Assembly (NCBI GenBank): GCA_002633005.1
Contig: NMRA01000742.1
Span: 62,001-126,000 of the forward strand
Direction of reading: 5' to 3'
From: Phoronis australis
Taxonomy: Eukaryota; Animalia; Phoronida
Length of the DNA: 64,000 nucleotides
Positions 14,101-26,100 of this stretch are shown here, piece after piece. The notes under the pieces are model-generated. The model saw only the letters and a list, made by a program, of their open reading frames with translations. It had not been told where the DNA came from and did no database searches. Each line of letters begins with the position of its first letter. The first letter of the stretch is position 1. A program made the position numbers and the translations under genes.

Positions 14101-17100
14101 AAAATAAGTTGTCCCTTTGGAAGTAAAAATAGTAGGTTGTAGGACTGAACTTAAGTTAAGTGCAAGGTAAATGATCAAAAAACATGAAGGACCGAGTTTG
14201 TTGACAGGTAAGTTTGAGGTTGTTGGGCTTTCACCTTTCCAGTATATTTTCACTCAAAAGTTATCGTTAGCTCCTGGCAATAGCCATCGGTTGGCAACTT
14301 ACCCATGAGAACCACCAACCCCGACTTCTGTGTCAGGGTTGGTGGACCAACTACACTGCCAGTAGACATAGGTGAATCGTCTGTGGAGATCAGTTCATTT
14401 ACAGACAACCTCTCAAGCAGCCAGAAGTTCATTACAGACGCTATCTAAAATCAACTGCCAGCTTACTTAGGAGATGATGGCTCACGTAACACTTACTGAA
14501 TTCAGGACTCGCATCCCACAAATCCATGCTTTGGAACAGACACGCAACAATTTTCGCAATCCAAAAATGATCCGATTCAATACAAAGTGTTTACAGATTA
14601 CTTTCTTTAATAGCAGTTTAACCGAGTCTGTTACACTTATAAGAACTCAAAGGTTCTTATGATCACTTTTATACAGCAATGTCAGGTGTTTTTTACAACA
14701 CCATTGAGACAGGACTAAAACGGTACACCATTTTTCGGTTTTAGCTTGCAGTTTCAGTTTTGGAAGCAGTTCCGTTTATTCTCAGAAATGTAAGCCAATA
14801 CCAAACATATCCATATTATTAATTCATTACCAGTCACAAAACCAGTCAAAAATCCAGCCATAACACTACTTGCAGAAACGGTAGAAAGGACATTTCTACG
14901 CAACTCAATATTTGTTTACACCTTGTTAAACTGTTTAAATGATCGACTGTTAAGTTAGTATCGTCACATGATATATTTACATTTCCATTACAAGACATTA
15001 TTCATAACTGGTAACTTTGGAGATTATCCAAGAAATGGGCTTTGGTTTGGTAATAACAAAATTTAAGCTGAAAATCACAGCTTCCAATTAACAGTTATCA
15101 AAGCTCCAATAAACCTGTCTTTCATCGCAAACATAAACGTAAGTAACATGAAATTAGTATGAAATTTTTCCTTGGCCAAATTGAAGAACTGACAGCATGT
15201 TCATCACTTGAGACCAGGCTCTACAAGTTGGCATGTCACAGTATTATTTTGTGCGCCAAGCATGGTCAGTTTGCAAAATAACGAAATGTGACTGTGACAG
15301 TTCTTTGAAAACTCAAATGTCGCTTCTCATCGACAGCAAGAGAGACCACTGTTCCATTAGTAAGTGGTCTAAATCAATAGTTCTCTTGCTGGACGGGACA
15401 CTGGTTTATAGCTGCAAGTTTAAGTGGCGTCCCCAGGAAAATCTGATCCACGATTCCTGTTAGAAAATGTAAAAACAAACACGGCTTTGGCATTTTTTTA
15501 CACCCGGGTCAAAGATCACGATTCACTTGAATGCACAGCCCTACTGCTAGAGTCAGGTATAGAGTCATACATACAGCAATGCCAAGCACTTCACAGGGAT
15601 GTCTGCCAAACGGCACTACATCCATCTCTGCAGCAAGAGGGTCCACCCAGCATTCATGCATCTTGGTGAAGTCTGTAGTGACGTAGCTCGTGCCATCCAA
15701 ACAGCTCAGGTCATTCGAAGAGTTATCGTCGTATGTACCGCACATTCCTGCCAGCCGGTTTTTGAGCGCCGATGGTGCAATAACTCGCACCATACGACTG
15801 CCGTCATATTCAATGACAAGCTCTGTAAAGGTATGGTAATCGTACTGTTTGTGTGATCAAAACTGTTACCAGAACTCCTCCATGACTTATAATCGGGTCG
15901 GTGGCTGACTGTGGCATCTTGCCATAGGTAGCAGATGTTGGAGGATTATATAGTTCAACATCAAGAAAAACCATGAACTTAAAACCGGAAGTAAACTATT
16001 CTCTAACTCCACTTGATTACAAAAGTTACTAGTAGATGGCAGCACCAGCTTAATCACGTAAACGGCAAGATACGGCTCTGAGTTCTTGCCAACCCATTAT
16101 TATCAAGCAAAAACGACACAGAATAGATATTAGATTAAAACAGTTATTTTGTGCAATTTGATAACTTGCAGATTACAAATGCCGTAATACAGTACATCCA
16201 ATGTTCACAGCAGTGAGATGAGTGCATTTTTCTCTGTGCAGAGACCATAAAAAGGTTGCACTTTGCCCAGTTATTCAGTAGTACCACCTAGTGAAAGTCG
16301 AGACGCCAATGTTACTCACCGTCAACACCGTCGACGATCACGTGATCATCGTTGTCTCTCTTCTGGAACGTCAGAGACCCGTGTACGGCGGGCAGGCTCT
16401 CCACTTTGCCGTTGTACCGGTAGTTACCACCAGGGAGCAACAGATGCTGCTCATCATTCACGAGAATCTGAGAGATTACGTGAGATTGTATTAAATGTCA
16501 TTCTAACTGGAAGCACATTAATGAAACATGGTAAGGTCATAGTAAGGTCATGATAAGGTCATGATAAGGTCACGGTAAGGCCATGGTAAGATCAGATAGA
16601 CTTGCGGGAGCTTATGTTATGGCAAATCACAATGTAGCTAGAAATGAATGTACACATCACTCAGTTATGATATTCAGAACCTCACGTGACTTCCAGCAGA
16701 TTTCATTCATGCGTGGTAGAAGGCAGACAAAGTCAGTTTATTTAATATAAGAGTATGAGAGGTATGTTCTAAAACGAATGAGATATTAGTTCCCGTGGTT
16801 AGAATGCGATACTTGAAACAAAGAAAGTTAATTTCAGACTACTCCATACCATTGTTTGCTGTACTTGTGATACACCTTTACAAAGCACTATAGCTTGGTA
16901 AAAGCCTTTCATTAACACAAACTTCATCTAAGACACGACTGAACATTTTGTTTGATACCTTAACACAGACTCGCTTGTTCAGGCACTACAAGCGAGTCTG
17001 TATTAAGCTGTCAAACAAAAAGTACAGACGTGTCTTCAACGAAGTTTGAATTTCAACAAAGCGAGAGAAATTTTGAAGAAAATCTTCTCAGAGTCCCCTT

Positions 17101-20100
17101 TTGAAAACTACTGGGTGTTACAGTTAATTTGCAAGATCCAACACAATGTTAACATTCATTGTCTTACCTTCACACCTATGTAAGTGACATTGTCAACTGT
17201 TAGAGCATTCTGAATAACAAACACTTCAAAGCCAGGGGTACCATCATTTTCCTGAACGAGGGTATAGGTTGACTTTCCAGGAAAGAAGTAGTTTTTCCCG
17301 TCAAACGTGTAATAGTGGTGAGTGGCATATGTCATGCAAACTGCTACACTTTCTTTTTGAGGGTCGATCTCTGAAGTGCACATAAAAAAGATGACAATAT
17401 CAAAACTGTATGTGAATAATGTCAATCTCAATATGGAGTGCAAAATCTGTTGCAAACATTTTAAGTCTGTTCAGCGTGCCATCTCTTGGCCACATCACAT
17501 GACTTAATGAATATAAGACCCGGATGGGTCAGAAATCTTTTAGGTCAAGTGATGTGGCCAACAGACAGCATGCTGACAAGACTTAAAATGTTTGCAATAG
17601 CAAAATTGTATTACTTTGATTTGATTTATAGGACACCCTGAAAATAAACTTGCACTTAAGCAGAATGCCAAGAGTTCAAATTCAATTCCCATCGATCAGA
17701 CTGTGCGACCATGCCTACTGTATGCAAGGCCTGCAATACCTCGATTCTCGGACTGACTATTGGACCCATTCTGATATGAAAAATACTTTAAAAATCCCAC
17801 AAAATTCCCCCATCAGGTCCAAAAATTCACCTCCAGTGATTAAAAAGAAATTCCCTTGAGGCTAAAGTTACTTTTAACTCACATAGAACCTCGGCTTCAG
17901 AAAATAGTAATAATCAGGGAGAGGGTGGAGAAATAGGTGGTGACCAAGGGAAGATGGAGAATTTTCACTTTCTCCCAACAGAAGTTCTCCTCTCAGAAGG
18001 CACAGGCACCTTTCCCCTCAGATCAGCAAGGACCTTGACAGAGTTATAACTTGCGTGAGAGGCCACGGCAAATTAACGGCTCAGTTTTGGAGTTCAAATA
18101 TTTATTACGCAACTCCTCACGTTAACTCAAAAATGTAACGGAACGACAAAGATAAAATCTTCTCCCCAATGAGATATTTATTTTGGCTTTACCTCTTCAT
18201 GAATTTAAACCAATAGCCCAATCCCTGAGTCAATAAAAATTCTGTTGTTGTCATCTTGAAACTGGCAAATCATTATCTTGACACAACGTATCAGTTATGA
18301 AAACATAAGAAAATAAAAAATTCACTTGTCCGCCATATTGCGGTGAGACTGTACCATAACATTACTTAAAACAAAATCTTAGACGTGTCAACAGAAAATG
18401 AACTGTCATACAGTATGTTTAGGACTAAGTACTAGCAAATGAAACAAACACTTACGCGAAAGGAAATAATTGCTTCCACCAGAGAGAACAGCTGAAAAGA
18501 GTAAAAACACAGTCAAACGCAGCAGAAAAAACCATTCATTGTAAAACACAAGTTAATGAAAACAATTTGTGGTGGCCTACAATAAGTCATATCCATTCTA
18601 CCAATTTTCATAATAATCTTTAGAGCGTTGGCAAATAAAGAGGCTGATAACAAAGAAGGGACTAATAATAAAAGTGGACACAAGAGGGAAATACAATGAA
18701 ATGGGAATGTGTTATCGCTTCTTTAATACAAACCTATTCGCCAAATTTAATGATAATTCACTCAGGAACTCCCAAGCTACTGAGGAAATGCAAAAATAAA
18801 GTTTACCACTAGGGGGCACAACAGTAGTTAAATCTGTCTAAATGTTGTCATCATCTGTTGCCGCATTCACAGGAATACGCTAGCCAAGCTTGACAAAGGT
18901 CTTGCATGGATTTAGGAGAAACAGGTGCGAACGTGAAAAATGTAAACTGCCACTACGAGAAGCTTAAGTAGCTGAAGCCATCCAAAACTCATTGTCAGCC
19001 ATGCTGTTCCCAGTAGGGAATATTCATTTTTGTCTCAGCTCCCATGATCGAGGACAAGAGTCTGGGATTCCCTTGTCTTATGATACAATCAGTTTGAAGG
19101 GGATTTAAAATGTACATACGAGGTGGGTTTTGATAAACAAAATGTGTAAAAAGAAAACCCAGAATACTTTGTACTTTACATTTCTGAAAAAGGGAGAGAG
19201 AGAGAGAGAGACAGTGACGCAAACAGTCTGGCATTACTATGATAAAAAGTTCTTCAAGGTTAACTAGCTCATAGTAAACTAGTCTAAATCTAAATCAACT
19301 GCTGCTAAGATGAGGGACATTTTGGTAGGAGTTAACCAGCCAATTTCACACTTTTCACATTTAGGCCTGCCAACAGAAATGCCAAACTGGGCAGTAACGG
19401 GAAGTGCAACTTTAAATGTAAAAAGTGGCTGAGACACAATTAAGTTCTTTGTGAGCTTGTGGCAAGATCACACGAGATGGCACAAAATCATGTAAGCGTT
19501 TCATCAGTAAATTCTTGGCTGTACTAAATGTAGATTATCAAAATGGCCCCAACAGAAGAGAGCGAGGCTGGTGTGTTGAATAGTCAGAGAAATGGCAGAG
19601 AGTAGAAATAGAATGAACTAGTAATTTCCATTCTATAGGTGACATTTTCTCTCCAAAAGTGATTCACAAGTTCTAGTTCTAGTGCAGAGCACAGTGGAGC
19701 ATGGCAGAGCGCGACCCAGCTTTCGTCAACATTACTCGCCCATAAACTGACCAATCATACTGATGAAACAACAAAACTTAATAACTCTACCCGTATCACA
19801 GGTGTCGCCGGTGTATCCTAAGTCACAAACGCACTTGCCCTCTTCACACTTTCCGTTCACACAGGCGGGGGTGCACACGGCTGAAATACAAACAAGCACA
19901 AATAGTGTGAGCCTGTGTTGTACATGGTAAAATCTCACAAATTTCAGACAAACATATTTTCTCTAAAATTGATTGCTTTTTATTGTTCAAATGTTTCTGA
20001 CATTGTTGTGAAGGACGATAATTTCTCAAAATCATTTTCAGACGATCGCTAAAAGATACCGGCCTTTAAAAATCAAACAGCATTTATTTGGCATGGCTGG

Positions 20101-23100
20101 TTATTCATGAAAAAAGGAAAAACATAATATAATTTCTCTTGCCGGTCATATTGAGTCCTAAATTGGAGAGATTTCACCAAACTGTTAACATGAACTCAAA
20201 TGACAGGCACACTGGGAGGATACAATTTCAGTTCAATAAATTAAGCCTTTCTTGAGTAGATTTTTGTTAATTTACATTACTAATAGATTGGACCATCCTG
20301 ATAGACCTAGTAGTATAACACAAGAAAACGCAGGTAAATCAAATGACACGTGAAGTTGTTTTATCGCACCATAATCCGTCAAATGAGGAAACAGCAACAA
20401 AATACTGCGGACTGGACATTTAAAGGTACCCACGGAGGTGATATGTATCTACCCTGAGTACCAGAGTATATTGCATAGAAAACCAAAGTGAGTGGGTGCT
20501 CTTGGTAGCTGTTTAAATTAAAAGATGACTCCTGCCGTGAAAATAATGAAAGTCTGGTAAGCAGTCTTAACACTTGTTACATTAAGGAATTTATGACTTC
20601 AGTGCAGACAGAGCAATGCCTTTCATAGAGACCCTGATAATGGAAAACAGACATAATTCATGAAATTTGACCTCTTTCACAGCATTAGTCATTTTGAAAT
20701 GTACTTCCATACTTCAGTAGCAGATATCATAATTCTAATATTTTTGTATCTAATGACCAAATTTGATATCTTCTAGCCACAAATTAATCAACAATCATTT
20801 TGCAGCCGACATATTCATGCAGCTGTTCATGTGCTCTGAAGGTGGCGCTGTTCTTTTTCTGGTTTTGAGAAACAATAAACATGGCTTGCAGCAAATGACA
20901 AGTGAAACAGAGTTGCAGAAAAACTAAGGCAATTTCCAGATCATTTTATGTTACTTATCACTTTGAAATTAGTAAAATGGAATTTGATAATTTAAAAACT
21001 CTAGAAAATGAAAAAATGAATGTTTTGTCATTATTTTACAAATCTGTTTTTGAAAACAGCAAACCATTGTCTTTACTTGAACACTTATCCGGGTAGACTT
21101 TAAACCTCTACTTAGCATCATTTTGTGTTTCGTGTTTTGAAATGGAACTTTCAGTTGTTGCTTTTTTTAATACACCGAGTCACTGTTCCCAATTTCAAGT
21201 GACAAAACCGTAACTGACAAAAACACGATGAAATGAATGGCATCCAGGGACCGGAGGTCTAAAGGCTAAGCGAAGAGTTAATAAGAACAACAAAGAATGT
21301 TGATAGGCACCCAGCATGTGCGTCACGTACATCACTGTTAGGATAGGGAAGCAGACTACATAGGACACAACAACAATAGGAAGGCCACTTGGGACACACC
21401 ATATTAAAGTCAAATCCCTTTGAAACGGGGTTCTTGTTGTTGTCTGCATGGCAGTAATTTATTTGCCAAATTTCATGAACATCCATCAAGGAGCATTAAT
21501 TGAGCCACAGGTAAAAAATAAAATTGTCACAAGGGGGCACCACAGCAGGCCAGCCTCATTCCAAAATCGTCAGCCATGCACTTCCTAGAGGCAGACGTCA
21601 AAAGCAGGACTCAAAAATAATTGAAATGGCCATTAGATGGCATACAATACATCGAGTCTATCCGGAAACTGTAAAAGAAAACAATTATCAAAATCATGGT
21701 TTCACCATCTTTGAAACCTGAAACTGACTTCAGTAGCGAAAGTTCCATCCAATAATTTTGTTAACTACGTAATCAGGAAAAAGTCATAACCCTTGATAGC
21801 TGTTTTTAATCATAAAAATACAGTTGCACACAGTTTGGTACACGTACCAGACCTACGCAGGCTGCTGAGGTGGGCCCATTGCACTCACCACCTGGAACCA
21901 CTTTTAAGCTTTATAACATACCCATGTACATAAATACAAAGCCAAATGCCAAGTTGGAGAATGTCACATCAGTCACGATTTTCTCATTAATTTTTACGAA
22001 ATTTACGACAACAAATTGCAAATATATTAGTATCACATATTTCAAGAAAAAAATAATTTTCAGAATTTTTTACCTAATACGAGTCCTTAAAACGAAACTT
22101 TTGTCACTTAAAAAGTAACAGACATGACATCAGCTATTGTCAAAATAAATTAGCATGTTTTGCAATGTTTTCAAGTGCATATTACATCTTTGAGTAGTAA
22201 ATGTTGTGTCCAGATAATTTCTTTTCCAATATTTTATTTACCAAACAAATATTACAAAATCAACTTTGTTACAAACTTAAATTACACGAATATATAATAA
22301 AAATGCTAATAAAAGCATGATTTCAAGAAAAAAAGGAAAACAGCATTGTCTCGTGTAACTTCAAGATGATACCGACACCCAAGAGCTAAAAATCTATAAT
22401 GATTTTAACAATACCATTTTCAACTACATGACCACACACCGTGAAATGTATAACTATGACCAGCACTATCGTACCTATTTCACACTGGTCACCCTTCCAG
22501 CCTGGGGAGCAGACGCACTTCCTGTTGGGACCACAGTCTCCATTGATACACTCGGCAAAACACGTCTCTGCAACAGACAACTGACGATATAAATAATCCA
22601 CTAGGCATTCCCCTATTCAAAAGAAACAGTGTAGTCTAAGTTAGAGAAGCGTTCTAATGTGGGATTAGTTACACAAGCCAAGTCAGCCTACTATTATCTC
22701 CTAGTGAGCCTTGTCGGATTACGGGAATGCCAGGAGCGTCACCTAGTGGTGAACATAGATAATAAATACAACAAGCCTTAACAGGAAAATTGGGATAACT
22801 CAACAAACGAGCAACACTTGTGCCGCATATGTTTCTCTTTTATTCTATTGTAGTTTAACAGATTTTTGTCTAAGACCGAGAAGGGTTAACTTTCAATAAC
22901 AGATTCGGTTTTCAAAAACCACACTGTCAAAAATCACTTGCACTGCATGTAATTTTTTGTTTAAGTGCAAGCAGTGTTATCACTGCCATCCACGTCTGTT
23001 CCCTAATGCCTACAAGAAAACAAATAAAAAGTGTATTAGCAGTTTTTCAAGAGTGAAACAATATTACATTATAAGCTTTTAACTAGACCAGATTTGCTTT

Positions 23101-26100
23101 CATATGCACAGGCTATTGAATCTCGCAACACCTTATCACCCCAACTAACCTACAGACAAGAGGAATGTGCAACAAGTTTTTAGCAGTTTGACCAGAGATT
23201 GAGAAGAACAGATTCTAGTGTCTGATGATTTAAACAAAAAATATTTTCAAAATAAATTAGGCCCACTATTTGCGTTTAAGAGCAAGGAAAAATTTCAAAC
23301 CTGTTGAACAGTCGACGCCCTTCCATCCTGATAAGCACGCGCATTTCAAAGGTCCAGAGCACTTCCCGCCATTTTTACACTCAGGATTACAGAATGGTGA
23401 TTCACACTGTACACCAGTCCAACCAGAGGTGCATGTACATCTGTTGGGGGCATTGCACTGTCCATTTGGGCCACACGAAAGGTCACAAACAGCTGAAATT
23501 ATGAAAATATTTACAATACACATTTCACTTTAACTTAACATTCTAACTGTTTGTCGTGTCTAGTATATGGGTTGATGTTGTGCGTGAACTTAACATTACG
23601 CTTAATCTCAAGATCCCGTATACGTGAACTTGAAATTCAATATTCATAATCTGTTGAAAATATTTTTTCATTGTAAATAATTTTTCCAATTATTGGGTCC
23701 ATGATCACCCCTTTTCTCCTTTACTGGAAGTTGTGTCACAGAATCAGAGGAACATGGTGAATGAATTATTGTAAGGTGAATAAGATCGCCAATGAGTTGA
23801 AAACACAACAGTAAAGGCCAAGGTTAAAATTTACAATATGATTTTATTAATATGTGGTTTGCTTTAGTGCTGTGCAAATTGTTTTCAACGTGAATGTGAT
23901 TATCTTCAGTGAACTCCCCGAGTTTCATGGTGCAAATTCCAAGTTCACGCATACGCGATCTTGAGATTAAACAGAATTCTAAGTTCAAGCACAGCAACAA
24001 CACCTCGTCTACGTAATCCGTCGTAATCGAATGTTTTCGTCCACTTCTGACTTTTCCAGGATGCGGGCGCCAACTTTGACTCTTCTCAGAGAACATTAAT
24101 TATGAAGTATTTCAGATCTTGCGCACGACTACCAACAATGACACGACTTGTTCAGTCCATTCAAACAAACGCCATGAGTGTCCGAACCAGCCAAGCCGAT
24201 CTAGCCAACCAAACTTGTTCGAAGCCCGCCCGTGACCGATGTGGTCGTATTCCAGCATAAGAACCTAGTTTCTCTGCAGCCAAAATTATCTCAGGCTGCT
24301 AGTTAACTAATAACAAATGTTTGATCTCTTATTAGACAACCAGTTATGTGAATGAATTCACATTCGGAAGCTTCTTACCCTGTTCACATGTGGAGCCAGT
24401 ATATCCGGTTCCAGAGCAGTCGCAAACATCCGGGCTAACACACGTCCCATCATTCAGGCAAGTCTTGGTGCAGAGGGCTGAAATGAACCGGCGCCGGGCC
24501 TGGGTTAGAAAACGAAGTGGCAGTAGAATTTTAGAAAGGGCGTATACTTGTATAAATATGTAAATCGAGAACCAATGTACCCTTCAGTGCAGTTACATGT
24601 ACAAGGCATGCAGGCACACGCGCGCCATCAAGTATACCATTTCCTTAGTACTCCTATTAGGCTTATTAAGCCTAAAGGACAAGATTTTTACAAATATATT
24701 GATTAGGTCCGGCAATGAAACAATATTTGGCAATTCCGGCATTTTGTTACTCGAAGTTTGACGTGTGTTTTTCAACACGTTGTTTCGCTGTATGGTCAAA
24801 GCTTATCGCACCGTGATGAATCATTATACGTGTCTGATCAACAGGATTTGCTGTTGATCTCAGTGTTTCCGTTACCAACAAGAACGTGAAAACTAAAAGC
24901 GACTCGATAAAACTCTTCACGGATTAATAGCCAACACTAAAATTACCAATTTGAACTTGCGCGGCACTCATTGCTTGTTGCTTGAACTGGCGATGGAAAT
25001 CCTATCACTATGAGACCGCCGAGGGTAATAGGTCTAACTTGTTTTTTTAATCAGCTAAACAGTACGTCACCCAGCCCCGCAATATGAAGCATTGGGTGAG
25101 CAAAGTGGCGAGCACCAGGGATGAAAGTGGTGACTTAGTGGGGGGAGGGAAATTTGTGACACGTACTTGACAAGGACATCAATAATGGTGGCGGCCATCA
25201 TGACGTAGTCGAATGCACACTGTGAACCCCAATCCGCACCTAGGATATTACTCTTACTTGTAGAAAAAATGTTAAAGAAAATACGATGAAAAGGAAGAAA
25301 ATGAAAAAAAAAATGAAAATGCGGGAGGAGTATGACGAGGATGTTTTATTTGCAGAATGCGAGAACAAACAGGCAAAATAAATTAGCAAATGAAGTGAGA
25401 AGAGGGAGAAAAATCCTGAAGAGAAAGACGGAAAGGAGTGTGTTTGTGTGATGAGTGTGCGAATGATGTCAAGAAGTTGGGCCGGGATGAAAAGGATGAG
25501 GACGAATAAATCATGTTTGAGGACTGTCAAGAGCTTGCACACGAACTCGGAATTTGCGAACGGGGTGTTTGTATACGAATATGAAGTTGGAGACGATCAA
25601 GAGTTTGCGGAGGGCCAGGAATTTGCAGAAAATGAGGGACTGGACTTCGAGTATGATGGTGCAGACACTGACCAGGAGTTTGCAGACTATAACTATTGGC
25701 AAAAAGTAAATCACGTGTATTCGACAACTTGCAGCTGAACTGAAATCGATTCCTAAACATTAAATCGATTTTGTGATGTCCTAAAGAAATTAAAATTCAC
25801 GTAAATGAGGCAAAGATACTCATCTGCCGCACATGGTTCTGTCAGTCTTTTAAACTGCATGCAAATACTAAAACTTAAAAGAATCCCGGCTTCAAATAAC
25901 AACGTAGCTGGAACCGACAATTGAAAAATGGCCGACACAGCGCCATGGCCGCCGGGTAGAGTTCAGTAACCTTAGGACCTTACGCTTGGACCTTGCTAAA
26001 AAGCAAGACTTAGCGAGATTACGTGAGACATTGTCGTGTATTTTAAATGAGAACACATGATTTTGGATAGTTTTTTCTGGCCGCGGGACAGTTACTGAAA

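Noticed and set aside
21195-21721. Cys-containing ORFs as extra gene B exons
   Set aside because: No EGF cysteine spacing or convincing splice pair; flanking exons already join in phase.
25167-25239. Possible minus-strand exon (GADWGSQCAFDY...)
   Set aside because: Ends in the wrong phase for the phase-1 intron and has no domain resemblance.
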